NCBI GenBank assembly: GCA_020536535.1 | Contig: JAHLWZ010000885.1 | Span: 1-59,404, forward strand | Direction: 5' to 3' | From: Pelomyxa schiedti | Lineage: Eukaryota > Protista > Evosea | DNA: 59,404 bases | Part shown: positions 15,039 through 29,089 of the stretch, in pieces | How the letters are laid out: the number at the start of each line of letters is the position of its first letter | Position numbering within the stretch: position 1 is the stretch's first letter | Position numbers and translations under genes: made by a program | The notes under the pieces: generated by a model | What the model was told of the DNA's origin: nothing | Database searches by the model: none | The model's input: only the letters and a program-made list of their open reading frames with translations

Positions 15039-17788
15039 ATGGGGAAGCGGCAGTGGCGCTGTTTGCTGTTTGTGATGTGTGTTGTTGCAGTTACATCCGG
15101 CAAGGGGGCCACGCGGGGCGGAAAGCACGGCCAAGCGCCACGGCGAAACATCAACGAGGGAGGCGGTTATGGGACTGATGAGGCTGGAAGTGACCTTAGA
15201 GACATTGGATGTGATGAAGCATTGGAAATGTGGGCAGCAGGGACTTATCCAAACTCCGATTTGATGTCACGATTCTCGGCAAAGAAAATCGCCTTCGATG
15301 ACATGGGAAAGTATATTTAGCATCTCCACGCATTAATATTACTATTGCCGCTGTTCAGTCTTGCTCGCTATTTAACGATTTACGGTGTTGAATCTCACTT
15401 ATTTTTCTCCTCTTTTTCAAACCTAGTTATCAAAATTGTTTGACCATAGCGGACACATCACATTTTTGTTCCTGTGGTTACACAATTTTAAATACAGCCA
15501 CAAATGAAACAGCAACCACATTATCTGGCCTTTGCGTGCCCCTGTCATGCAATTCTTCTGAGCTTGAAACAAGAATAAAAGAAATTGCTAGGTTTACCCA
15601 ACAAATCCTCTACCACCCTCGTCCTTTCTTAAGTGACTCTCATAAAAGGGTCGTGTGGTTAAAAACTGAGAACTTCACCATCGTTCTCCCACGTGCCAAA
15701 TGCCCTGATGAGAATCCAACACTCAAAGATAGTCCTGGTGGAATCACCATTCTAGTTTTGTTTTCGCTCCTTGTCATCCTTATTTTGGTCTCAACCTTGT
15801 ACCAAGTTTTGGTCTCCATTTCAAGGTACGCCAAAATTTTGGTGCCCCCAATAATGCAATGAATAACATACTTTGGACAGAAGTCACGAAACCATTTCTC
15901 TTGGAGAGCCATATGCCAGGACATCTGGCGAAGTAAGCCTCTCGCAAGTGGCCCTGTACTGATATATCAATAGGTTTCCTCTTATCATCGCCAAAAAGAG
16001 ATGTCAACTGCAGAGAGCGTCTATACAAGCGGCTCGCTCGTCAGAAACATTCCGTCTTTAATTGCGACTGTTGACAAAGAGAATATGTTCCCTATACTGA
16101 ACGGAATCAGGGTTATGAGCCTATCGTATATTTCCTCTCTATGGGTGCTTCTATTTGACTATTCTCAGGTGGGTGATAATAGGGCATTCCATAGTGTTTA
16201 TTGAGTCATTCATCACGGACTATGAATGGCTTCTCTGGATATCACAGTTCTTTATCTGGCAGATTGTCACTTCAACATTTTTTTCTGTTGACACTTTCTT
16301 TTTTCTTTCAGGTTTCTTATGAAGTTGTACTAAGGTAGTAACTTTTAAAAAGGATTTCTGGCTGCCTACTACATTATCCTAGAAATACCCCCAAATAGGA
16401 AAATTTTGAGACCTGTTCAGTGGATATCAATGTACACCAAAAAGTCATCACCCTCACAGTGACAGTGTATAGATATACTCATCGATATATACGTCTCACC
16501 CCGATCTGGCTCTTTGTAACATTATGTGTTTGGCTTGTTCTACCTTATGTGACAACAGGACCATTTTGGTACTTTTTTTTTTTTTTTTTTATGGTTGAAA
16601 CATTAATATCTGTCTAGGCTATTCGTTGATGTTGATAACTGCAAAGATTACTGGTGGACAAATGTCTTATATATTAACAATATCTACCCCTGGTCACTTT
16701 CCTCTGAATGTGCTGACTGGGGCTGGTACTTAGCCAATGGTTCACTGGACTACTATGCCTATTTATTTACTTTTTCCCAGATATGCAATTCTTTTTGCTA
16801 GCTCCCATTTTTGTGGCTTTTTACATGGTGCACGAGGTTGTTGGGTGGGCAGTTATAATTTTCTGTGCCGTAGGAAGCGTGGTAGTCACAATCTGCCTCA
16901 TGGGATTCAATGGTCTCACCATGTACTACTTTGCTGAAGATAATACTGGATACTGGGATGATGTTTATACTAAACCTTGGTGCAGAATTCAACCTTACTT
17001 GGTGTGTTTTAAGAGTAGTTCTTTCTTTTATTCAAAGCAAGTTACCAGGTCGGTGTAGGATTTGCCTTCCTTGTTCACAAGTTCGACCCTAGAAAGACCA
17101 GGCTGAGCCAACCAATCTTTTACATTTTGTGGGGTATCACAGTCCTATGTCTAGGAATACCAACATTTGGGGCCTACCGACAGTATGCTTCTTTGTCCCC
17201 AGGTATTATCTTTTTCAGAAAATTTTCTTCTAAAGGAAATAAAAGATGCCTGGTCAACATGGGAAGATGCTTTCTATGCTGGTAGTTGTAGGTTTCTATG
17301 GGGACTCGGAATAGCTGCTTTCATCTTTTTGTGCACATCAGTGAGCTTCAATTCCGATAGACTATATCGGAACGGGATCACCCAGTTCCTTGTGAAGCTG
17401 AGTCAGTACATTGCCAACATACTCTCCCATCCGGCTTGGACACCTTTGGCCAGGCTAACTTATTGTACTTATCTGATTCATCCTTTTTGGTACGAAAGCA
17501 AAGAAAAACAACACCCCTTTCTAACATTCCAAAAGGCTGATGCTAGTGTATGATGGAACTCCTGACTGGATTCCTCTCACTTCTACCATGTTCCTTACCT
17601 TTGCGTTTGGCAACATTGTCATTGCCACAGTGCTAGCAAGCATTCTCTATCTCGTTATTGAGAAGCCAATGGCCAACCTCGAAGCTGTTTTGCTTGGATG
17701 GCTTGGAGTTATTCAGCGTAAAACTGTAGTGCCTCCTAAACAACGCTATTCCGGTGTGAATGTGCCCCCTTTGCTCGCCAAAGATTAA
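15039..17788 (+). CDS. NRF-6/OACYL-like membrane O-acyltransferase (signal peptide, NRF domain, Acyl_transf_3)
   Basis: GLCVPLSC, LNGIRVMSL.WVIIGH, SVDTFFFLSGFL, HRYIRLTP, CKDYWWTNVLYINN, WYLANDMQFF, YTKPWCR, PLARLTYCTYLIH, IEKP. Confidence 0.9.
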
Positions 17789-17862
17789 GGATTTCTAAAA
17801 AGAAATTGTTGTAAAACTATTTCGTGCCTTTTTAATTGAGTGAAGGATTTTTTTTCTCCTGT

Positions 17863-19394
17863 TTAATATTCACAACCTGTTCCTTCAGCATAGCAACAGA
17901 CAAATTGTGTATCTTCTGGGTCTGGCTCGTGCGGTTGTTGTACAACTTTGTTGCCATTTACTTCCCTGATCCACGTTGAATCCAATGACACTATGTGAGT
18001 TTTAAGGTCTTCCTTGAAGAGAAGGACCCTGGCACCGTGAATCAACCCATTATATCTTATAGAGATGTTAGGAGGGTGTAATGTATTCTTGAGTTATTTA
18101 CGCTGCATAACCAGTTTTTCTGCCATATGCGAATGTTATTCCATAGTAATCCCCGTAGAAGTCACACAAGTGGTCGTGCTGAAACGCGAAAAGTGAGTAC
18201 TACTAACGGTTTTTGTACATACTCCAAAGTGTACGCTCTTGACATCACCTTGCTCAAGTAGCACGATGTACTCACCTGAATTGTAGGCACTGCAATGAAG
18301 ATCATCAATATTCGTCCCGTAGACCTGATAATATTAATAAAAATAAAGTGGCCTGGCAAGCAACAGTATGATAATTCCAAAGATTCATGATTTCCTGGAA
18401 AGGGATATGCTGGATAGCAACAGAGTAGAGGTGTCCATATTTTGACACTAGAGCCGCAGATTGTGTACGGAACCAGTCTAACTGTTGGGCTTTCACAATG
18501 GAAAGAAAAGAACGAATTGTTACTTGTGATGTGGAGACAGCACAATATCCTGGGACAATGCAGTCGCTACTGTTTCCGGAATCAAAAAACCACATGTTGA
18601 AGCTGAATTGAATAAGATAAAGCTGGTAGAGAACGTAATTTACGTAGGGACGTTTGGATTTGTAGCGGACATTACTTGGAGTACATAGGTGCTGGTGTCA
18701 ACACCCCCAGTCATACTCAAGTTGTAGGATTTGTCAATAGCAAGTAATTCAGGTCTCTGGAGATCTCCTTCATGAGTATAAGCAGGGAACAAACGCCGAA
18801 GATATTACAAAGAACCTTCATGGTCATGATTTCTGAAAGAGAGTCAATTATAGCTCTGACTAAAATTAAGTGTACCCAAAGACATATGCCCACGGGACAT
18901 TTGCTTCAATAAGAGGTTCTGTCATTGCTGGCCAACAATCACCTGTCTGAATTGTAGGTGGTTAAAAGATTGGTCTGTAATTAGAATAGCAGCTAAACAC
19001 ACAGAATATTCAGCACATCCTCCCACAACTCCCCAGTCATAGCCCGCAACCCAATCACCAGATATCCACACCAGGTCAGGAGTCTCTATCTCTAGTACAG
19101 TTCGCATGACCTTTGATCAGAATGAAAACGGGAAATACAGAGCCTGTTCAATAATTACGCACATGCTGTGTAGCCCTGTCAGCCTCCCCAGGGTCTCCAA
19201 AATGCAAATCGGTCAATTGCACAACCTGTTGGAGCAATACCAAACTAGTGTTAACATCATCACAATAAACACCTTAGGAGGAACAAACGAAAAACCTTGA
19301 AGTAACCGTTGGAGTCGAATTGGAGTTTCTGGGAAAAACTGGCTCCACACATCCACGCGCAAAAAACAAGAAAAAAAGCAACAACAGGACCCAT
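17863..19394 (-). CDS. Secreted calcineurin-like metallophosphoesterase (Dcr2/PAP16-29-like)
   Basis: Signal peptide MGPVVAFFLVFCAWMCGA, then LQFDSNGYFK|VVQLTDLHFGD, PDLVWISGD, GNHD, WFFDSG, QQLDWF and YGITFAYGRKTGY. Confidence 0.85.
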
Positions 19395-19491
19395 CGTACT
19401 TCTTATCGTTAATTTGTTTTTTTTAGTGGTGGTACAAAGGAACAGGAATCTTAGTGCTTCGTGGAAGAAATACAGACAGAGAGAAAAAACC

Positions 19492-22269
19492 TCAAATCCA
19501 CCCCGAGAGTTTGATAGAGAGCTCGTGGTTGGCCTTGAGAAGTCTGGCCCCGAGGGAGTTGACGGCCTCTGTCACAATTGCATTCAACAGTTGCAGTTGC
19601 TTTTGCTCGTCATAACCAACCATGAACCGGGTGTAGAGGAACTTGTAGAGTTCGTTTTGGCTTATGCCTAGTTTTGGTTTGATGAAGTGGTTATTAGGTG
19701 CGGTAATTGTGGAGGGTGGGGAAGCGGTACAATTCAGTTGGTCTACACAAACTGTTTTGAGCATCACGGCAACAAATGGTAGGCACGGCTGAAGCAAGCG
19801 AAGAACCAGGAAGCAGGTATCCAGGAACTTAGGTTTTTGAATTGACAACTCAATGATCTCCATTAACTCGTCGGAGAAACGAATTGTTGGGGCACCAAAA
19901 AAGCCTTCAGCTCTGAAAGGAAGAAATCAGGTAAGAGAAAAGAAAACATTTCTTTGATTCTAGAAACACATACGACGCATGGTGGCCCAGTATATAGCCA
20001 AAGTCAATGTGGAAAAAAGACCTGTGGTTTTCTATCATGATGTTTCCTTCATGCCTGTCACCAAAGCCAAGAAGATACGAGATAACTGTGTAGGCGGCAA
20101 CACTATATGAGAAGCGTTCCCTGTTTTCAGCGGGAATATAATCAACCAGGCGTTTACCCATTTCTGTTGAAATTTTGAACAGAGTGCTGTGCCATACAAG
20201 TCAGAAAGCGGTTGGATGGTATGAAACATACTCCGCATTGTCGACCACCTCAATTAAGCCACTGTCGGGACTGACGGGAACTACCTTGTAACTTACAACA
20301 TTTCCGCGCATGCACTCCAAGTTGCTTTCCAGTATGTCTTTAAAGTATTGGATCACATTGCATATTATCTGATCATTGCACAGATTTTCACTTTTAAAAA
20401 TTACATTGTGTACTCGACTGGCTTGATTGTAGCATTTATCTGGATGACGGTTACTTGCAAGTGAAGAGCAATAGCAATTACATAAACTTGGTGCACTTGC
20501 TGATACAAAAGTTTTTATTTTGCGCATTTCAGTATAAGGATTCGAGTCAGCAGAGGCCGTTGGAAGGTACCAATCTTGTGGAAAATCGAAGTAAGACTGT
20601 TCACCTCTTCTCATAGAAATGAGTTGTGGACCAGCATTTAAAAGGGCATGTTTGAATACTAGGTAGGGTTGAAAATATTTCTGGTAAGTTTCCTACTTAC
20701 TGTTACATCTTTCTCTTACAGCAGGAGCCAGACTAGGGGAAGCAGCAAAATTTCGGAAATATCGGAAGTATGGAGTATATGGGCAGTCTGGTTGGCCGGT
20801 TGAAGAGGACCTAAGTGCAAAAAAGAGTGCAGCCATGAAATCTAAGTCTCTCTGGGCTCTCTCATATAGAAAATCCCAAACAGCATTGCACATTGCTTCG
20901 TCTCTTTTTCTGAAGAGAAGTTTGAATGTGCTACTTTCAACTTTGAAACACACAAACATGTGACGAGAATGGGTAGTGCTAATGTCAGTGTTCGGGTTTC
21001 AAGTGCCAGACACCGCAAGGCCACTTTAGCGACACTGGGCTTGCAGGTACCCGCAGTTGAGAGTACTAAGAGGGCCTCAGGAATATCGAATAAACCTTTT
21101 TTAGGACACGGCTTATAGCACTTCAGTGCAGAGCAAGGAACGCGGTTAGAAAAATCCGTTGTTTCAATCAAAGCAGCAATGTCTGCATCTGAAATATCTG
21201 GAACACTGCAAGGATTGATACATCAAATGTAAGCTTGGAGAGTTTAAAGTTCACACCATAGGAGAAAGTGAGCAACCCAGATACTGTGCCCTCTGATGAT
21301 ATTTTTGTTGTTTCGGAGCAAGATTTCATCAAGGTGGCAGTACTGGCTCCCGGGAAGTGTATATTGGATTGAAGACCAGCATTGCAAAATATGGGTAGTG
21401 AATTTGCCTTTCAATGTTAGCTCGTTAACTGGAATGCGTGCTGCATCCAGGAATGGTACGGGAGATTGAATACTATAGTCGAATAAGGGAAGGACGGAGA
21501 TGTGATGCCATACATGACGTGGCAGGCTTCGCACAGTGTCGAAGTTGGGGTTGAAGTTGTATCTCTCCTTAACCATTCTGGTAGACCACTTCTTGTAACA
21601 GGCCAAGTATGTGAATGGCACAGGCAACAACCGCAACCGGCACATACAGATGAACTGGCTTGCGAGCACCCCTGTGTCAAAGACCCAATACAGGCACAAA
21701 AGACCCCAGGGGGTGTGCGGCAAAAAGGAGGAAGTGCGGCTTGAGAAGAGGATGAGGAGATATTGAAGAACATGGCAGAAACGGACATGCCCAAGGGAGA
21801 ATTTGGATCATATGAGGATGTTGGTGTAGAAGATGGAGATGAAGATTGTATCTCTGGAGTGTGCACCTCTTGTGGTAGGGCAGTGTTGAACGGGCGTTTT
21901 ATGGATGGTTGTCCCACAATCGGCGGGGTCACAATTAAGATGCTTTTTGGATTTGGAGTTGAAGTACCAACACTACCAGCATGGTACAATGGTGGAGTTG
22001 TGGTAGTGGGTGGAGGTTTGAAAGATGTTATTATAACGGGCGGTTGTGGGGAGCTGCACGGCAAAGTACTGCACCTTCTACATAACCACTTTCCACAATC
22101 TTGAAGTTATTTAAACTAAGCTAAAGTGGAGGGAGTGAAAAACAAGGAGTAAAAAGAAAGAGCCCAGTAACTGTAGCATTTGATAAAAGTTACAGACAAC
22201 CAAAAGAACCTATTTAAAGAAAAATAAAATCAAGTTTAGAAGAAAAAACACAACAACAAAGGCAGTCCA

Positions 22270-22302
<33 letters not shown>

Positions 22303-22410
22303 CCAGCATACACACAAAAAAAAAAAAGGAGAGGGGAAAACAAGAGGCACATAAAAAAGCAGGGTGTAACAATGTACGCACTCTTGACAGCACCCACACC
22401 GTCCCGGCAT
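19492..22410 (-). CDS. Atypical phosphatidylinositol 3-kinase-family protein with Cys-rich (FYVE-like) N-terminal motifs
   Basis: VIFKSENLCND, YKVVPVSPDSGLIEVV, YLLGFGDRHEGNIMI, FHIDFGYILG. N-terminal CGCC/CGKWLCRRC and CAGCGCCLCHSH motifs. Start approximate. Confidence 0.8.
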
Positions 22411-22714
22411 GATGCTGGTAGTCTCAGCGCTATGACGCAGTTCTCCCCCTTGCATCTCCCCTCTCTACTACTTGCGGTTTACTCGAAACAATTAATTAAA
22501 ACATTGTTCTCAACCCTCAGTTGGGTGTCCAATGTCACAGGTTGTTCTTCTCTGTTGGTCAACTTGTGTAGTCGCACACACTTGCACCCGGCACAGTGTT
22601 GGGTGTCTTGCTATTCCTGGAGGATCTGCAAACTAACTTGGGTAGAATCTTTTTTCAAGAACCCACGATTGATCGATCGACGTTGTTGGGGACGAGACAA
22701 TCGACATCAACGCA

Positions 22715-24121
22715 ATGTACGGGAACTCCAAGTTCCCTGGTATCTGGGGCACAACGGTGCACGCTGCGACGGCGGCCGCGCTGCCCGGATGTTGTTGTTG
22801 CTGCAGCCGCGGCCACCGCACAAGCCGTTCAAGAACATAAAGGCGGTCAACTGTTACCACCACACACCGCTGTCGTTGGCGTGCCGCGTAGTGGAGGTAC
22901 TGATGCTGCCTGAAGAAAACGGTGGCCGCGGGAGGGAGGGGAGCGAGGTCGACGCGACCACGGGGGCAAGGGGACCGCAGTGCGAGCTGTGTCTCAGCCC
23001 CCCCCCTCCGAGGACGGCCACCCTGGTGGGGGGGTCGTGGCAATGCTCCTGTGCACATCCGCAGGTACAAGTGAACCAGGTGGTGCCTCGACGAGACGCC
23101 GCTCACGCGCGCAATCACCAGAAACTTCATGAGAACAGCGCGCGCGCTTGTGATGAGAAGTGGTGCGGTGACACCAAAGCTACAAGGCGATGTGGACAAG
23201 GCAACTGGGGGGGCGCATGATAAGTTCCTGGAGTGGATGAGCACTTGCCTGCCACCCCCACCCCCGCGCGAAATTTCCGTGACAGCACCGCCTCGACCTG
23301 TCACACAGCAGGAAATAGTATCTCTATGTAAATAAATACCTGTGATATTTTAATGCTAATGTTTGTTATTCGACAGAGTGAACAACTTCAAGCTAAGGTC
23401 AATCAGTTGGAATGTGAGAATAAGCGTCTGCAAGCTGAAAACAAACTTCTTCAAACTGATAATCATCACCTGCATGAAACGGTCAATGAACAATTTGCAT
23501 GTATATACAATCCCCAATGGACAAAGGATTTACCTTTTCTTGTTACAGTTGTGGACCATATCTTGGAGCACCTGCAGGGAGCAAGCTGGCGTGAATCTCT
23601 CTCGCATACTCGACAGCATCAATGAATGAGGGCACTGACTGTACCGTCAAGCCTCACAATGAAACATTCTGACAATTGTTTTGCTCCAGCTGCCCCGTTG
23701 AAAAGGTGATTACCACCATTGAAACCGATGAAATATTAATTTTATAACCCTTCACACAAGGCGGTGAAGATGGCTGTGACAAGAGGTTTGGTGTTGATCA
23801 AAGCCTTCAAACACTATCGTTCAGCATTCCAGGCCAGCACTGCGAGGTCCTTGGAGGGTACAACCTGCATTTTGTCTCAAATCAAGGGATTGTCATCCAT
23901 TCATCACAGCACTCTGTGCAAGTCACCGTTGAAATCAAGAGAGCCACGAATATGACAGAGGAGGGCCTGAAGCACCTCAACACACTTGGCTCTGTGACGT
24001 ATGTTTCTAAGTGTCTCCTTCTTCCAGCCCAGGCATTACACAATAAAAGGCAACCAGTCAACTCTCCACCTCCTGAACAAAATTATTTGGTTTACAATGT
24101 AGAACACTATTGTCCTTCCTG
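22715..24121 (+). pseudogene. Degenerate ankyrin-repeat / coiled-coil gene
   Basis: WGTTVHA then frameshift to CDGGRAARMLL; NIKAVNCYHHTPLSLAC-RVVEVLM is an ankyrin repeat lacking its GH turn. A further frame switch near 23130, then a coiled coil (QLQAKVNQLECENKRLQAENK). Confidence 0.45.
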
Positions 24122-24178
24122 AAAATATCACTTTTTTTTTTTGGCAACATGGAGAGGTTCTTTTTTGCTTTGGACAAA

Positions 24179-27100
24179 TCAGGGAGCTACAAGGGAACAA
24201 TGAATATCAGCTAGGGAGTGTACACTGGTTGCGGTGCATATGCTCGTTCTGGGGCCCGCGTGCGGGGTAGGTATGCGGAGTACGGCCTTACACTGTGGGG
24301 AGTATGAGTAATTGTTGGGAGTGACTGTTATTGCATACCGGAGAGGATTTGAATTTAAGGAATGGGTTTAGGGTCCCGTAGTCTCTTGTGCCTTGCTGGG
24401 CTGGTAGGTTTTGGTTAGTTTTGGTTGTTTGTGGCTTTGGCACTAGTTAGGGTGATTGGGTACATACCTTGTTCCAGTACATCTTTGGTGGCTACTTTGA
24501 TGGCATTATTGAGGTCTGAGACCTCCTGTGTGGGTGGCTCTGGGCGTTTGGCGAGGTTCACTATTCGGGAACATGCTTGTACAGTGCGGAGCCTCTGAAA
24601 GAGATGAGAGAATATCACAGTGAAAGGGATGTGAGTACCTGTGTCAGCTTGCTTAGTTCTCTGAAGCCTTGGTCAGGTGCACTTTTAAGCTAAAGTTAGA
24701 TCAAACGATTATGGAATGTTTGCACCTTTTCGATATTTGAAGTGGAGGGAGGCCTAGTAGGGTATTGGTCATACAAACTGACTTCAGCTTGGTGTTTTCA
24801 TTGGCGATGTACTTCAGTCCAGCTTTTAGTGAGGTTATCTGGGGCAAGTTCACTAGTGAAGATGATTTTGTTTTGGCTAACCTCAAAAAGCAGTGGTTTG
24901 ATTGCAACTGCCCTAGGTAATTGAGTTCCACGCTGAGGAGTGGATTGGACGGCAGAGCGAGCTGGAGTGGTGAAAGGTGTTGGAGAGGTGGCTCTGATAG
25001 GGGTTGCTGGGGCTATCACCGGGGAGTTTGAGGGAACAGGCGGAGATGTTTGGCTTGAGAGTTTCCTTTCCAGCTCACTTTGAAGGAATTCTAATTTTTG
25101 GTTCAAATTGGTAATTACCTGAAGCCAGAGGTGAGATGGGAAAAGTGAGGGGGAAAAACCTCCTCCCGTTCTGCTATCTTTGATTCAAAGTCTTCTTTCA
25201 TTGCTATATCCTGTTGTGGAAAATAAGTACAGGTATTAGCCAGGGTTACTAGAGTTACATTTTCTTTATAGGTTTTCAGTGTGGCATATAAGGCTTCCTT
25301 CTGCCTTTTCTCTTCTGCTAGTTGATATTCAAGAGATTTGACAGAAACGGTCAACTGGTTGAGAGTAACGTTTTGGTGGTTGTAGTCATCCCGCAAACTG
25401 GACAAATCTATCGGCTGTATAAATTAAAGAAAGTTGCATGCAGTAGGGTACCTTTCAATTTGGATTTGATTTGCCCTGCTCGATGCTTCCAAGGCGGGAT
25501 CACTGAAAACATTATACATTAAACAACAGCGGAACAGTACCTGCTTGTGCTATTTCAATCTCCGATTGATGTGTTTGGAAGACCGTGATAGATACTTTCA
25601 ACTTTTCAAGAAATATGTGAAACGTTTCCTTTATTGCAATTACGGCATCGGCAGAGTATTCATCCTAGTACAATTCAATGTTGGCTGTACTCTAAGGTAC
25701 TCAATGACTTGCATACAACTGATACAGCCTCCTCAAGAGACTCGGCCGCTTTAACTAGTTCTCTACAAATGGTTATAAGAGGCTCAAATAATGCAATAGC
25801 CTCTGTGGAGAAGGCCACGGGAAATTGTTTCGCTGAAAGCTCGTATTGCCTTCGAAGAGTGAGAGGTTAAGACAAGAGAAGTATCTAAACCTAAGGTGCT
25901 CTGCGATAGCAATAAAATCAGATTCAGGAAAGATTTTTTCTAGCCAAAGATCAGGAAAAAGGAAAGAAATTAAGAATACCAAACCGGAAGTTTGTTTTGC
26001 CTTAAAGATTACAAAGTTGCATATACAGTATACATGTTCAATCATCCAAAGAACTTCCAGTGCTGGGGGCGGCGCCGATATTGTCGCTGCATGTACCGTG
26101 TCGTTGACGATTGTTTCAATGACCTGGCAGGTCCTCTTTTTGAGCAGAAATGAGCAATAAAAATACAGTAAAAGTCACTCCTACAGCAATGGAATGGAAG
26201 GAGTAACTTGCACTCCAGGAATCCTTTTTTAACATCTCAATGAACTCATCTACAGGGGCTTCCAAGCCCTTGGTATCATGGATGCTGTGCCCAATCTAGG
26301 CACAATCAATAATAAAATGGCAAAGGGACGTCCTACCACAAGGTAAGCTTCAACCCGACATCGTTCAATGCCGAAACGGAGTTGTGATGTACAACACTTC
26401 AACCTCTCAAATACGTCAAGAGCCTAAATGCCTCTTACATTTGATGAAAAAGAGATGTGATACCTTCCATCTCACAGCCACAAGTTGGGAAGAGTCATCT
26501 GATCTTTCTTGCAACATTTTCTGGAGGCAACCACCAACGATAATACATTTTTCCACGACACGGTCAACAAATTGATAGGTGTAAAACCCATCTATATCTG
26601 CTGGGTTCATATAGAATTCAGGGATGAAACTCTGTAAAGATCAGAATATAGGGGGATTCTAGTTGATACCTGGAAAAATTCAGAAAGTTGAAGAGCTTGT
26701 CGTGAAGCAAGTCTCAATGTGGCATCTCGCAACTCCCTCTCAGTTGCCTTAAAGTCTTTGTTCTACTTAGGATTAGAAAATTCTCGGATAAGATTTGATT
26801 TACTTGGAGTGCCAGGGTCATTGAGAGGAGTTCCTGTTGTGTTGAATCAAGCTGCTTTTGTACATTGTGATCGTCAGCTTTTCCCTGCTCAAGTTCTTTC
26901 AACCGCAGAGTTTGCGCCTAAGAAAACAACAAGAAAGTAAATAACTAAAGAGTAACTCAAGGAGGTAGTAGAGCCACTTTCTTACACGAACTAAGTCCTT
27001 GTACTGAGATATATTGCGGTCTTGCAACTCGAGTTTGGCTTTCAACATGTGAACTTGCCCACTTGCAATGAGTAAATTCTTTTCAGTTCCATCTTGGAGA

Positions 27101-28941
27101 CTTTAGATAAGGACGTTTCATGTAAATGCTTCTACAAAGTGTTTCTCGTAATTTTTTCTCCAATATCTCTTGTTCCTTTTCCAACTCTTCAGATACTACT
27201 CTCAAATCGTCCAGTTGTTTAATTTGAGAATTCAGTTCCTTGATTGTCTAGGAGGAAATGAATTGTGGAAATCGACTTCAGTGGACAAACTTGAACACAC
27301 ATCACTTTTAGCCAAATCACTTTCGGTGAGTTTTTCAAATGCTTCTTGACAACCAGCATAACCCTCCAGAGTTTCAGTCATCTGTTCAATTGTCTTGTCC
27401 TGGGTTTCAATGTAGGTGTGCAGTTGAAGGCAATCATCTGTTCTCATTTTGTGAGAAAAAGTTAATAACTAATATTACCTTCAAGCCGGATTATCTCAGC
27501 TTTCAGTTGTTCAATTTGAGTTGCTTTTTCCTAGTCATTACTTATTTCTTGTACTGCTTATCGGGAAACTTGCCTGTTGATCCCTTATAGAAAAATCACG
27601 AAGTCTTACAATAGCTTCCTTCAGTTTTCCATTCTCGGTTCTAAGAGACATTACCACAGCATCTGGCTTGGTTGTTGCAATTTTCTGAGGTTTTTTTTAC
27701 TTCAGGAAAGCACTTCACACCAATAAACCTCTTTTAGTGCTGTTAATTCCGCAGATAATTCTTCAACTTGTTGCTCTGCAAGCTCTTTATCGACTGTTAC
27801 AAGTTCCATCCTGTCGTTCAGTGTGGATAGTTGGTCTTCTAACCCCTTTTGGAATGTCAGTTTGAAGGACACACACAAGAAGGAAACCTGTTTCTCTGTG
27901 GTGACTTTCTGTAACTCGGATTCTTTTGATTGAACAGCTTCTTTAGTCACCTGCAAAGCCTTTTCTGTAAAAAAATTGTAAAAAAAATTATAATTGGAGT
28001 GCCCGCAGGTGTTTGTTTGTACCCACCCATCTCCTCCATCTTAGTTGTAAGGTTCTTTTTCTCCACAATCTGGCAGCATGTCAACAACAACAACAACAAA
28101 AAAAAAAAAAAGGGCAGGGATTCAAGAGGCGCAAGTAATCAAGATACCAAGTTAGCATGGTCGTGGTCACGGCACAGCCCAGTGGCGGTCGCGGTGGCGG
28201 ACGATGCTGCCGGCCTGGCAACAGTGGTGGAAGTAGACAAGCCGCGAGGCCCAGAGGACGTCAGGCCCGGCCTTGACGACGTGATCGCGGCGCTAGAGAC
28301 CGTTCGGCTGAGGACCCCTGTGCCCAGCTTGTTCGACGTCGCGTTCAGCGGCCTCCTGATCGTGGCGTTGAGGTTGGTGACGTTTGCGGTGCTGATGCCA
28401 GGGCGCAGCGTGGCGGCTGGGACACGGCCGCCCGTGGTGGTGGTGGTGGTGGGCCTGACCCCCATCAGGGACGACGAGGAGGCCGACCTTGTGATGGGCG
28501 CAGGCGCCGGTGCCATTGGCCTGGGTGCTGCAACGTTGGGCTTCCGCGCGGCAGTGTCAATAGTAGGCTTTGGTGGTGCACTCGCTGTAAAGCAGGTAAA
28601 TGTAAGGCGGGGAGGGGAGGGGAGGGGAAAAGAAAAGAAAAGGGATTACCCGGCAAAGATGATGACGATGATGTTGTTGTTGTGGGCGCCGAGCGAGGTT
28701 GGCCAATCGTTGTAGGTGCTGCATTTGATGCAGGTTGGTCCTCGGTGTCATCTGCGCTTTCGGGCGTCGAGGCTCCTCCTCCAACGGTGGCGTCGGCGTC
28801 GGCTGCTTCTGCGCCCTCGTCTTCGCTCTCGCCCGAGGAAGACGCGTGCTCCTCGGGATCGCTCATTATGGGTTTGTCCCCGTCCTCGTCATCTGGCATC
28901 ACGGGCTTGTCGCCGTCGCTGTCACCCCCACTATCACCCAT
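24179..28941 (-). CDS. DCTN1: Dynactin subunit 1 (p150Glued)-like, no CAP-Gly domain
   Basis: MELVTVDKELAEQQVEELSAEL (compare IEMATLDKEMAEERAESL), ENGKLKEAIVRLRD (compare QNARLKDALVRMRD), AFEKLTESDL, ISQYKDLV, SFIPEFYM..DID. Stop TGA at 24179. Confidence 0.82.
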
Positions 28942-29089
28942 TTTTGATCAGACGGGTGTTGATTTCTTCTCGTAATCGCAGCTCTGCCCAAGTTGGGTTT
29001 TTCCTTCGTGTGCCCCAAAGTTGGACAAGAAACCCACTTGTTGCTAAGACTTTCCTTTGTTTTGTTCCACCGATTACAAAAATTAACTC

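Noticed and set aside
22271-22331. Long poly(A) run as a retroposon tail
   Set aside because: It is the T-rich tract of a minus-strand intron in the PI3K gene, and similar tracts occur in other introns (e.g. 35896-35922).
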